Assembly: GCF_964213995.1 (NCBI RefSeq)
Contig: NW_027590151.1
Location: 682,001-746,000, forward strand
Source: Mustelus asterias
Taxonomy: Eukaryota
Reading direction: 5' to 3'
DNA length: 64,000 nt
This document shows positions 49,450-61,659 of this stretch, piece after piece. The notes under the pieces are model-generated. The model did no database searches, had not been told where the DNA came from, and was given only the letters and a program-made list of their open reading frames with translations. The position numbers and the translations under genes are program-made. Every line of letters starts with the position of its first letter. The stretch's first letter is position 1.

Positions 49450-50550
49450 TTATTTGTGAACTCGCTGGTGACTCATCAGGGTGGATGAGCGAGTGAATCT
49501 CTTCCCACACACGAAGCAGGTGAATGGTCTCTCCCCAGTGTGAATTCGCTGGTGTCTCTGCAGGGTGGCTGATTGAGTGAATCCTTTCTCACACTGCAAA
49601 CAGATGAATGGCTTCTCCCCAGTGTGAACCCGCTGGTGTGCAGTCAGTTGACATAATTGTCTAAACCCAGTCCCGCAGTGAGAGCACCTGAACGGTCTCT
49701 CGTCAGTGTGAACAAGCTGATGGCGCATCAGGTCCACAGAACCTTTATAGCATTTCTCACAGTCAGCACATTTAAAAGGTCTCTCGTCAGTGTGAACTTG
49801 CTGGTGTTTCAGCAGAGTGGACGAATCGCTGAATCCCTTCCCACATTTGGAGCAAGTGAATGTTCTCTCCCCTGTGTGAACTCGATGGTGTTGTCGAAGC
49901 CCTGATGATCGAGTGAATCTCTTCCCACATTTGAAACAGATGAACAGCTTCTCCCCAGTGTGAATTCGCTGATGTGCAGTGAGTTCAGATGATTGTCTGA
50001 ACCCAGTCTCACAGTGAGAGCATCTGAAGGGTCTCTCGTCAGTGTGAACAAGCTGATGTCGCATTAGGTTCTGAGAACTTTTATAGCACTTCCCACAGTC
50101 CAGGCATTTAAATGGTCTCTCATCAGTGTGAACTTGCTGATGTTTCAGCAGAGTGGATGAATCAGTAAATCCCTTCCCACACTTGGAGCAGGTGAATGGC
50201 CTCTCCCCAGTGTGAACTCGGTGGTGTTGTTGCAGCCCAGATGATCGAGTGAATCCCTTCCCACACTCGGGACAGGTGAATGGCTTCTGCCCATTATGAA
50301 CACGCTGGTGCCTCAACAGGTTGGATGACCAAGTGAATCCCTTCCCACACTCAGGGCAGGTGAATGGCCTCTCCCCAGTGTGACAGGGCTGATGAGTTTC
50401 CAGCTCAGACGGGGATCTGAATCCCTGCTCACAGTCCCCAGATTTCCACGGTTTATCTACACTGTGAACATTGCTGTTTTCTTGCATGTTAAAAACCCGA
50501 TGATATTCAGATCCTGATGTGATGTTTGGTTTCAGTTTCCCTGACTGCAA
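49450..50550 (-). CDS. C2H2 zinc-finger protein, about 12 fingers, first one degenerate (gene I)
   Basis: Intact 366-codon ORF; first ATG at 50487; the frame is open to the acceptor at ~50569. Confidence 0.9.
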   Translation of the reverse strand: MQSGKLKPNITSGSEYHRVFNMQENSNVHSVDKPWKSGDCEQGFRSPSELETHQPCHTGERPFTCPECGKGFTWSSNLLRHQRVHNGQKPFTCPECGKGFTRSSGLQQHHRVHTGERPFTCSKCGKGFTDSSTLLKHQQVHTDERPFKCLDCGKCYKSSQNLMRHQLVHTDERPFRCSHCETGFRQSSELTAHQRIHTGEKLFICFKCGKRFTRSSGLRQHHRVHTGERTFTCSKCGKGFSDSSTLLKHQQVHTDERPFKCADCEKCYKGSVDLMRHQLVHTDERPFRCSHCGTGFRQLCQLTAHQRVHTGEKPFICLQCEKGFTQSATLQRHQRIHTGERPFTCFVCGKRFTRSSTLMSHQRVHK

Positions 50551-51499
50551 ATCTTCCCCTTCTAATGCCCTGTGAAATTGATTTAAAACAGAAAAAAGGG
50601 AGTGAGAGAGAACTCACAAAAACAGAAATGCAAGTTGTGAAATTGAGCTAGTTTTAGCGCCAATTTCCCACCCCCTTCCTGAATCCTTTGATTCCCTGAA
50701 AGATCTCTCCAGCTCTGGGCTAGAATTTTCCTCCATTTTAATCCTGGGAAAACTGCAGTTATTGTCACCGCTCTCTGCTACAAATTCCACCCATTGACTC
50801 CATCCCTCTCCTCGGAAACTGTCTGAGACTGAGCCAGACTGTTCACATAGCAAAATATTTCACCCAACCTGAGAATCTGACCACAAATCCACATCATTAC
50901 CAAGACCAGTTCCACCTCAGTAACATCACCCAACTCCAGTCTCCTCTCAGTTCATCTGCTGCTGAAACCGTCACCCATTCCTTTGTTTTGAGTTGATTTG
51001 ATTTATTATTGTCACATGCATTAGTATACAGTGAAAAGTATTGTTTCCTGCATACTATACAGACAAAGCATACCATTTATAGAGAAGGAAATGAGACTGT
51101 AGTGCTACAGTCATAGCTAGGGTGTAGAGAAAGATCAACTTAATGCAACGTAGGTCCATTCAAAAGTCTGATGGCAGCAGGGAAGAAGCTGTCCTCGAGT
51201 CGGTTGGTACGTGACCTCAGACTTTTGTATCTTTTTCCTGACGTAAGAAGGTGGAAGAGAGAATGTCCGGGGTGCGTGGAGTCCTTAATTATACTGGCTG
51301 CTTTAGCAAGGCTGCGGGAAGTGTAGACAGAGTCAATGGATGGGAGGCTGGTTTGAGTGATGGATTGGACTACATTCACGACATTCTGTAGTTCCTTGCG
51401 GTCTTTGGGCAGAGCAGGAGCCATACCAAGCTGATGCTAATGCTTTCTATGGTGCATCTGTAAAAGTTGGTGCGAGTCATAGCTAACATGCCAAATTTC

Positions 51500-54425
51500 A
51501 TAGAGTCATAGAGGTTTACAGCATGGAAACAGGCCCTTCGGCCCAACTTGTCCATGCTGCGCTTTTTTAAAAAACCCCTAAGCTAGTCCCAATTGCTCAC
51601 ATTTGGCCCTTATCCCTCTATACCCATCTTACCCATGTAACTGTCTGCAACGTTTTTTAAAAGACAAAATGGTACCCACCTCTACTACTACCTCTGGCAG
51701 CTTGTTCCAGACACGTTGCCCCTCTGGATCCTTTTGTATCTCTCCCCTCTCACCTTAAACCCATGCCCTCTAGTTTTAGACTCCCCTACCTTTGGGAAAA
51801 GATATTGACTATCTAGCTGATCGATGCCCCTCATTATTTTATAGAGCTCTATAAGATCACCCCTCAGCTTTCTATGCTCCAGCGAAAAAAAGTCCCAGCC
51901 TCTCCTTATAACTCAATCCATCAAGTCCCGGTAGCATCCCAGTAAATCTCTTCTGCACTCTTCTAGTTTAATAATATCCTTTCTATAATAGGGTGACCAG
52001 AACTGAACACAGTATTCCAAGTGTGGCCTTACCAATGTCTTGTACAACTTCAACAACTCCTGTATTCAATGTTCTGACCAATGAAACCAAGAATGCTGAA
52101 TGCCTTCTTCACCATTCTGTCCACCTGTGACTCCAGTTTCAAGGAGCTATGAACATGTACCCCTAGATCTCTTTGTCCTGTAACTCTCCCCAGTGGCCTA
52201 CCATTAACTGAGTAAGTCCTGCCCTGGTTCAATCTACCAAAATGCAATACATAGAACATAGAACATAGAACATTACAGCGCAGAACAGGCCCTTCGGCCC
52301 ACGATGTTGCACCGACCAGTTAAAAAAAAAAAAAAAAAACTGTGACCCTCCAACCTAAACCAATTTCTTTTCGTCCATGAACCTATCTACGGATCTCTTA
52401 AACGCCCCCAAACTAGGCGCATTTACTACTGATGCTGGCAGGGCATTCCAATCCCTCACCACCCTCTGGGTAAAGAACCTACCCCTGACATCGGTTCTAT
52501 AACTACCCCCCCTCAATTTAAAGCCATGCCCCCTCGTGCTGGATTTCTCCATCAGAGGAAAAAGGCTATCACTATCCACCCTATCTAAACCTCTAATCAT
52601 CTTATATGTTTCAATAAGATCCCCTCTTAGCCGCCGCCTTTCCAGCGAAAACAATCCCAAATCCCTCAGCCTCTCCTCATAGGATCTCCCCTCCATACCA
52701 GGCAACATCCTGGTAAACCTCCTCTGCACCCTCTCCAAAGCCTCCACATCCTTCCTGTAATGTGGGGACCAGAACTGCACACAGTACTCCAAGTGCGGCC
52801 GCACCAGAGTTGTGTACAGTTGCAACATAACGCTACGACTCCTAAATTCAATCCCCCTACCAATAAACGCCAAGACACCATATGCCTTCTTAACAACCTT
52901 ATCTACTTGATTCCCAACTTTCAGGGATCTATGCACACATACACCTAGATCCCTCTGCTCCTCCACACTATTCAAAGTCCTCCCGTTAGCCCTATACTCA
53001 ACACATCTGTTATTCCTACCAAAGTGAATTACCTCACACTTCTCCGCATTAAACTCCATCCGCCACCTCTCGGCCCAACTTTGCAACCTGTCTAAGTCTT
53101 CCTGCAAACTACGACACCCTTCCTCACTGTCTACCACACCACCGACTTTGGTGTCATCAGCAAATTTGCTAATCCACCCAACTATACCCTCATCCAGATC
53201 ATTAATAAATATTACAAACAGCAGTGGCCCCAAAACAGATCCCTGAGGTACACCACTTGTAACCGCACTCCATGATGAATATTTACTATCAACCACCACC
53301 CTCTGTTTCCTATCCGCTAGCCAATTCCTGATCCAATTTCCTAGATCACCCCCAATCCCATACATCTGCATTTTCTGCAGAAGCCTACCATGGTGAACCT
53401 TATCAAACGCCTTACTAAAATCCATATATACCACGTCCACTGCCTTGCCCCCATCCACCTCCTTGGTCACTTTCTCAAAAAACTCAATAAGGTTAGTAAG
53501 GCACGACCTACCTGCCACAAAACCATGCTGACTATCACCTATCAATTCATTACTCTCCAAATAACTATAAATCCTATCCCTTATAATTTTTTCCAACATC
53601 TTGCCGACAACAGAAGTGAGACTCACCGGTCTATAATTCCCGGGGAAGTCTCTGTTCCCCTTCTTAAACAATGGGACAACATTCGCTAACCTCCAATCTT
53701 CTGGTACTATACCAGAGGCCAACGACGACCTGAAGATCAGAGCCAGAGGCTCTGCAATCACTTCTCTTGCCTCCCAGAGAATCCTTGGATAAATCCCATC
53801 CGGACCAGGGGATTTATCTATTTTCAGACCCTCCAGAATATCCTGCACATCCTCCTTATCAACTGTAATACTGTCTATTCTACTCCCTTGCAACCCAGTG
53901 TCCTCCTCAGCTATATTCATGTCCCCTTGCGTGAACACCGAAGAGAAATATTGGTTCAATGCTTCACCAATCTCCTCCGGTTCCACACATAACTTCCCTC
54001 TGCCATCTATAACTGGCCCTAAACTTGCCCTAACCAACCTTCTGTTCTTGACATACCTATAGAACGCCTTAGGATTCTCTTTAACCCTATCCGTCGCATT
54101 TATCTAAATTAAACTCCATCTGCCATTCGTCAGCCCACTGACCCAATTGATCAAGATCCCGTTGCAATCCTGGATAACCTTCTTCACTGTCCACTATGCC
54201 ACCAATCTTGGTGTCATCTGCAAACTTACTAACCATGCCTCCTATATTCTCATCCAAATCATTCATATAAATGACAAATAACAGTGGACCCAGCACCGAT
54301 CCCTGAGGCACTCTGCTGGTCACAGGTCTCCAGTTTGAAAAACAACCCTCTACAACTACCCTCTGGCTTCTGTCATCAAGCCAATTTTGTATCCATTTAG
54401 CTACCTCACCCTGGATCCCGCGAGA
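51500..54425 (-). mobile_element. CR1 LINE split by a younger CR1 (pieces 51500-52250 and 54092-54425)
   Basis: caaaatgcaatac | .tcgcattta is continuous across the insertion; RT motifs. Confidence 0.8.
52251..54091 (-). mobile_element. Young CR1 LINE with an intact 560-aa RT ORF (5'-truncated, no endonuclease)
   Basis: ORF 52355..54037 has all RT motifs ([31 protein letters not shown]); (ttctatg)n tail. Confidence 0.92.
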
Positions 54426-56097
54426 TTTTCCTTCGTCTTCTGAGAAAGTAGAGGTGTTGGTGGGCTTTCTTAACTATAGTGTTGGCTTGGGGGGACCAGG
54501 ACAGGTTGTTAATGATCTGGGCACCTAAAAACATGAAGCTTTCGACCATTTCTACTTCATCCCCGTTGATGTAGACAGGACACGTTCTCCACTATGTTTC
54601 CTTATGTCGATGGCAATCTCCTTCATTTCTGTTTACAATGAGGGGGAGATTATTGTTACTGCACCAGTTCACCAGATTCTCTATCTCATTCCTGTATTCT
54701 GTCTTGTCATTGTTGGAGATCCGACCCACTACGGTGGTGTCATCAGCAAACTTGAAAATCGAGTTGGAGGGAAATTTAGCCGCACAGTCATAGGTGTATA
54801 AGGAGTATAGTCGGGGCTGAGAACACAGCCTTGTGGGGCATCGGTGTTGAGGATGATCGTGGAAGAGGTGTTGTTGTCTATCCTTACTGATTGTGGTCTG
54901 TGGGTTAGGAAGTTCAGCATCCAGTCACAGAGGAAGGTGCCGAGACCCAGGCCACGGAGTTTGGAGATGAGTTTCGTGGGAATAATGATGTTGAAGGCTG
55001 AACTGTAGTCAATAAATAGGAGTCTGACATTGCTATCTTTGTAATCTAGATGTTCCAGGGTTGAGTGCAAGGCCAGGGAATTGGCGTCTGCTGTGGACTT
55101 GTTGGGCGGTAGGCGAACTGTATCGGATCCAGGCAGTCCGAGAGGCTAACCTTTTGAAGCACTTCATAATGATGGATGTTAGACCCACCGGACGAGAGCC
55201 ATTAAGCACGCTGCTTGGCTTTTCTTTCGTACTGAGATGATGGTCATCTTCTTGAAGCAGATAGGACCTCAGATTGTTGTAAAGAGAGGTTGATGATGTC
55301 TGCGAATACCCCAGCCAGCTGATCCATGCAGGTTCTGAGTGCTTGTTACCATTAGACTTAATGATTCTAACACACCCCTGGCCGGTCTCCCTCACTCAAC
55401 CTGTCTATTAACTTGAGGTCATCACAATCCTGCTGCCCACGTGTTTACTCATTCCAAACCTTGTTCACCCACCACAAAGGCTCCTGTTTATGAATCAACA
55501 TTTTAAATTTCTCATCCTTGTTCTCAAGTCCCTCCATGGTTTCACCCCTCCCCATCTCTGTAACCTCCTCTCGCCTCACAACCCTCCAATATCTCAGCAT
55601 TCCTTTCATTCCGGCTTCCTCAGCATTCACAGTTTTAATCACTCCATCATACGTGTCCGCACTCCCCGTTACCAAGGCCATAATCTTCGGAATTTCCCCC
55701 TAAACTGCTCCCCCTCTGTGTCATCCTTCCTTTAAGATACTCCCCCTCTGTGTCATACTCCCCCCCCTGCTCCCCCTCTGTGTCATCCTTCCTTTAAGAT
55801 ACTCATTAAAACTACCTCTTTAACCAAGCCTTTACCCATCCACCCTCATGTCTGCTCACATGACTCTATGTCAAATGTTGCTTTATAACACACCTGAGAA
55901 ACGCCTCAGAATGCTCCAGTACATGAAAGATGCTGTATAAATACACATTGTAATTATTGATTTGGAGATGTATCACTGTCCCTTCATCATCACTGGGTGA
56001 ATAGCCTGTAACTCTTGACCTAAAGGGGAGCACCTTCACCACATGGACTGCAGCTGTTCAAGAAGATAAAACATAATCTTCTCCACAGGTAATTTCA

Positions 56098-56440
56098 GAG
56101 AAACCCTACAGTGCAGAAAGAGGCCATTCGGCCCATCGAGTCTGCACCAACCACAATCCCACCCAGGCCCTACCCCCATATCCCTACATATTTTACCCGC
56201 TAATCCCTCTAATCTACGCATCCCAGGACACTCAGGGGCAATTTTATTTTAGCATAGCCAATCAACCTAACCGGCACATCTTTGGACTGTGGAAGGAAAC
56301 CAGAACACCCAGAGGAAACCCACACAGACACGAGGAGAATGTGCAAACTCCGCACAGACAGTGACCCAAGCCAGGAATCGAACCCAGGTCCCTGGAGCTG
56401 TGAAGCAGCAGTGCTAACCACTGTGCTACCGTGCCGCCCG
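56098..56440 (-). mobile_element. HE1-type V-SINE, full length
   Basis: Near-identical to 10840..11175 in reverse. Confidence 0.85.
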
Positions 56441-56654
56441 TTTTGGGGATGGGAAATATTTTCTGTTGGTCTTGTTAGTGAAAAGACAGGGTAGTGGGAT
56501 GAGCTGATTCCCTTGTAGAGAACCAGCAAATGCATGATGGGTTAGTCATTTTCTGTAGTGTAATAATTCAATGTTTCTGTGGCTTAATGAAAAAGAGACC
56601 AATTCTGGAGGCCAGGAACTAACTTCTGGAATCAATGCCCACTGCCTCCAATCG

Positions 56655-57030
56655 AGGTGGCGGCTGCACATGCGCCCTGTTGCCCATTGCCCCCTATAAA
56701 GATGGCCACCGCCCTGCTGTCCATTGCCCCCAATAAATATGGCGGTCACGCTGCCCATTGTTCTCGAAAGATGGAGGCTGCAAAATCGGTCAGGCAGGGC
56801 CTCGGGCGTCTTATTTGTGGTTTGAAGCTAATATCCGATGTTTATGAAAGCTCCGCTTCCTATACCGGGTGCTTATGAGTCCTCCCTTTTGACTCTCAGG
56901 CTCCATTTAACCTCACTCACTCGGTGTCTCCAATCAGTTTCTACTCTCCCTGCTGCTCCGACACCACCCCATCCGACCACTGCCTACACCGCACTGCGCA
57001 TGCACCAGTCAGAGAGGCACTGAGTCTGCG
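56655..57030 (-). promoter_or_regulatory. Putative promoter of gene I
   Basis: Three YY1-like aa(g/t)atgg units, NRF1 (tgcgcatgca, cacatgcgc) and ccaatca; homologous to 8770-8830. Confidence 0.5.
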
Positions 57031-57974
57031 CAATGATCTCCAGTATTGAAGATAGGGTATCGTCACCCTCTCGGTGCACGCTGGGTAATGGCACCGCCAT
57101 TGCCACTTGATATTATCAAATACAAATACATCTTTTGTGGTCCATGATCATAATGACTGGCCTGGCCGAGAATGGCTTACTCCTGTTCCTATTTTCTATG
57201 AAAATATATTTAAACAGGCTTATTTTAAATTAATTAACACCTTCCTTGAAATAGTGTGCACAATCATTTGTCAGTCTGGGAATTTAAACTTGCTCTTTCA
57301 CTTTCAGTCAGGAACACGTCCCAGTTTCACACTAAACTTTGATTTGACAGCATGTTTTCAGCCTTCACCGTTGTTCAAAATTGTTGCAAACTCTCAGCAG
57401 CTGTGACGGTATTTGTAAAGACAGAGTCAATGTTTCCAGTCCAATATGACTCTTCAGTTCCAAAACATTAGCTCTGTTTCTGCAGAGATGCTACCAAACC
57501 TGCTTTGTTTTTATTTCCGATTTCCAGCATCTGTAATATTTTGATTTTCTTTCACAATTGTTCACCTGACTCGAAACATAGTTATAAAAGAGTCTTCTGT
57601 TCCATGTTTAGGAGCTCTGGACTATAGAAAAGAGCAGTTGGGACACATTTCTGACACACCTCAGGATTAACCCACTTTGCTGTCAGTGAAGAGAGATGAG
57701 AAAGTCCAAAGTGCTGTTTGTCCCTCTCAGTGTGACCCTATGGCAGGAACAGACTGCAGTTCTGTTCCTGCTGTGTGAACCTCCCCCAGATTGCCCCTTC
57801 TGAGCTCCAGCCGGCAATGTTAAACATTCAGCTGGGAAAGATGAACATCTGCAACTATGTATTCAAATATCACTGTTTTATTTCACATTTATTTAGAATA
57901 TTAAACTCCAGCCCAGTTACAGGGATTATTAACATAATCAGAAACAAACTCCAAATATCAGAATGAACATAGTC

Positions 57975-58715
57975 CAGTCCTGAATGTGATTCACAGCAGC
58001 AGCAATAACAGCAGAATCCAGCCCCTGTAGTAACTTATGAACTTGCTGGTGTGTCAGGATGTGAGGTAACCGAATGAATCTCTTCTCACATGGAGCAGGT
58101 GAACAGCCTGTGAATGTGTTTGTGTATCAGCAGATACATTTTGCATTTAAATCTCTGCTCACAGTCAGAAGTTTGAAAAAGTTCCTTATCAGTGTGAACA
58201 AGTTGATGTGCAGTGAAGTGGGATGACTGAGTAAATCTCTTGCTAAACATGGAGCAAGTGAACAGCCTCTCCCAGAGTGAGTGCACTGGTGGACACTGAG
58301 TTCACATGTCCAGCTGAACCCAGTCCCATAGTGAGAGACTCTGGATGGTCTGCTGTCAGTGTGAACCTGCTGATAGCACATCAGATTCATAGAAATTTTA
58401 AAACATTTCCCACAATCCAGACATTTGAAACACATTCCATCAGTGTGAACTCACTGGTGTGTTAACAAAACGAATGAATCAGTGAATTGCTTCCCACACA
58501 TGGAGCAGGTGAATGACCTCTCCCTGGTGTGAACTCTCTGCTGTTGCTGCAGGATGGACAATCGCTTGAACCTCTCCCTGCACTGAGAGCAGATGAGTGG
58601 AGTGGAACGGACTGAATACACTGGTGAACCATCAGTGAATGTGGGTTTTTAAAGCTCCTGTCACAGTCTCAGCATTTAAATCCTCTCTCTTCAGTATGAA
58701 CCCACTGGTGTGTGT
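57975..58715 (-). pseudogene. Decayed ZNF pseudogene (gene J)
   Basis: Finger remnants in several frames; ends HKLLQGLDSAVIAAAVNHIQD. Confidence 0.8.
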
Positions 58716-58974
58716 GGAGACTGGATGGAGAAAAGTGGGAGTTCGGGGCTCAGACAAGAGGGATGTTTAGAGACAGTTTGGCCCATTGGGCTAATGGAAT
58801 GGAGCAAAGCAACAGAGACAGCTGATTGGATTATCTCAATCTTAGTGACAAAGTACTTCCATGAGCTCCTCACACTTGTTGTTGGAGGTGAGGATAGAGG
58901 AAACAGGGGAGAGCCCTTCAAAAGGAACTGACTTGTATTAGAGTTATTAAAAATATTCACGATGTGAATATTTT

Positions 58975-60220
58975 TCGAACTTGATCGAGTTTTTCGAGGA
59001 AGTGATGAAGATGATTGATGAGGGTAGGGCAGTGGATGGTGTCTACATGGACTTCAGTAAGGCCTTTGACAAGGTCCCTCACGGCAGACTGGTGCAGAAA
59101 GTGAAGTCGCATGGGATCAGAGGTGAGCTAGCGAGGTGAATACAAAACTGGCTCGGTCAAAGAAGACAGAGGGTAGCAGTGGAAGTGTTTCTGAATAGAG
59201 GGCTGTGACAAGTGGTGTTCCTCAGGGATCAGTGCTGGGACCTTTGCTGTTTGTAATATATATAAATGATTTGGAGGAAAATGTAACTGGATTGATTAGT
59301 AAGTTTGCGGACGACACAAAGGTTGGTGGATTTGCAGATAGCGATGAGGACCATCAGAGGATACAGCAGGATATAGATCAGTTGGAGACTTGGGCGGAGA
59401 AATGGCAGATGAAGTTTAATCCGGACAAATGTGAGGTAATGCATTTTGGAAGGTCTAATACAGATAGGAAATATACAGTAAATGGCAGAACCCTTAAGAG
59501 TATTGATGGGCAAAGGGATCTGGGTGTACAGGTACACAGGTCATTGAAAGTGGCAATGCAGGTGGAGAAGGTAGTCAAGAAGGCATACGGCATGCTTGCC
59601 TTCATCGGCCGGGGTATTGAGTTTAAAAATTGGCAAGTCATGTTGCAGCTTTATCGAACCTTAGTTAGGCCGCACTTGGAATATAGTGTTCAATTCTGGT
59701 CGCCACACTACCAGAAGGATGTGGAGGCTTTGGAGGGGGTACAGAAAAGATTTACCAGAATGTTGCCTGGTATGGAGGGCATTAGCTATGAGGAGAGGTT
59801 GGAGAAACTTGGTTTGTTCTCACTGGAATGACGGAGGTTGAGGGGCGACCTGATAGAAGTCTACAAGATTATGAGAGTCATGGACAGAGTGGATAGTCAG
59901 AAGCTTTTTCCTAAGGTGGAAGAGTCAATTACTAGGGGGCACAGGTTTAAGGTGTGCGGGGCAAGATTTAAAGGAGATGTACGAGGCAGATTTTTTACAC
60001 AGAGAGTAGTGGGTGCCTGGAACCCGTTGCCGGGGGAGGTAGTGGAAGTGGATACGGTAGTGAGTTTTAAGGGGCGTCTTGACTTTACATGAATAGGATG
60101 GGAATAGAGGGATATGGTCCCTGGAAGGGTAGGAGGTTTTAGTTCAGTCAGGCAGCATGGTCGGTGCAAGACCATGGAGGGCAGAAGGGCCTGTTCCTGT
60201 GCTGTAATTCTCTTTGTTCT
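58975..60220 (+). mobile_element. CR1 LINE RT and 3' end
   Basis: ORFs 59205..59831 and 59838..60092. Confidence 0.9.
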
Positions 60221-60259
60221 GTAAACATTTCTCTGGATATTTAAATAAAAAGAGTTATC

Positions 60260-61312
60260 CAAGTGAATGTTGGTCCAAGAGAAAGTGACTCTGGGGAATT
60301 AATAATGGAAAGTGAGGAGATGGCAGATGAATTCAACAGGTACTTTGTATCAGTCTTCACTATAGTTTAGTACTCTACCCGATAGTATCGAGGATAGAAG
60401 TAATATCTCATCAGGGTGTGGAAGGGAGAGAGGAACTCAGGAAAACTGCTGTCACTTATGAAGTGGTACTGAGCAAATAGTTGGAGCTGTCGGCTGACAA
60501 ATCCCGGACCCTGATGGACTTCATTCTCGGCTCTGAAAAGAAGCAGCTCGTCAGATAAAAGCAAAGTATTGCAGATACTGAAAATCTGAAATAAAAACAG
60601 AAAATGCTGGAAAGACTCAGCAGGTCTGGCAGTACCTGTGGAGGGAGAAACAGAGTTGACATTTCGAGGCCACATGGCTGTTCTTTAGCTGAAGAGGGGT
60701 AGAAATGACTGGTGAGATAGTTGATGCATTGTTTTAATTTTCCAAAATTCCCCAGTTTTGGTGGAAGTTCCATTAGATTAGAAAGTAGCAAATGCAGCTC
60801 CTTTATTCAAAGAAGGAGAGAGACAAAAAGCAGGAAACTACAGGACAGTTAACTTAACATGCCATAGGAAAAATGTTAGAAGCTATTATTAAATATGTTA
60901 CAGCATGGCAGTGAGAAAAATCCAGGCTATGAAGGAGAGTCAACATGGTTTTGAGAAAGGGAAATCATATTCAACCTATTTTTTCAGTTCTTTGAGTGAG
61001 TCACATGTGCTGTGGATAAAGGGGAACCAAAGGTGCAGAAAGGTGAATGTACTGAGATTTCCAGAATGCATTTATAAGGTTATTGTGGAAAATGAAAACT
61101 CCTAGTGGGGCGGGGGGAATGGTAACATATTGGCACGGAAAGAAGATTGGCGAGTTAACAGGAAACAGGATTGGCATAAATGGGTCTTTTTCTAGTTGAC
61201 TGGATGTGACGAGCGGTGTGCCACAGGGATCAATGCTGGGACCTCAACCTTTTTACCATTTATATCAATGACTCAGATGAAGGAATTGAAGGTATGGTTG
61301 CTAAATTTGCCT
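60260..61312 (+). mobile_element. Older degenerate CR1 fragment
   Basis: Remnants of SQHGFEKGKS, SGVPQGSMLGP and INDSDEGIEGMVAKFA. Confidence 0.65.
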
Positions 61313-61324
61313 GTTCAGGTACAC

Positions 61325-61530
61325 TGAATTTGGGAGAATTTAGCATGGACAATGCACCGAACCAGCACATCTTTCGGAATGTGGGAGGAAACCAGAGCAC
61401 CCGGAGGAAACCCACGCAGACACGGGGAGAACGTGCTGACTCCATAAGACAGTGACCCAAGCCGGGAATCACACCCGGGCCCCTGGCGCTGTGAGGCAGC
61501 AGTGCTAGCCACAGTGCCACCATGCCACCC
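61325..61530 (-). mobile_element. HE1-type V-SINE 5' part
   Basis: tRNA-like head and V-domain. Confidence 0.75.
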
Positions 61531-61659
61531 AGTTGGACTGAACAATGTTCATTCTGAGAGTCAGGTTTTGTTTCTGACAGTAATAACCATCCTAACTCAA
61601 CTGGATAAATATGAAATTAATCAACTTTTTTTCAAAATTATTCTTCTGGATTTTTCCTT

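Larger units (their letters stand above)
50988..55343 (-). mobile_element. Rex1/Babar LINE split by a CR1 (pieces 50988-51499 and 54426-55343)
   Basis: Collinear with 16137..17937. Confidence 0.85.
50740..55955 (+). mobile_element. Old L2 LINE 3' region, split at 50987/55345 by nested insertions
   Basis: FHL.NI..L...LSSSAAET..HSFV | T.RL..SN..LAGLP is continuous across the insertion. Confidence 0.6.

Noticed and set aside
52355-54037. 560-aa reverse transcriptase as a domesticated gene or retron-like partner of the ZNFs
   Set aside because: Ordinary 5'-truncated CR1 ORF2 with its own tail, no promoter or true ATG start, nested in another LINE.
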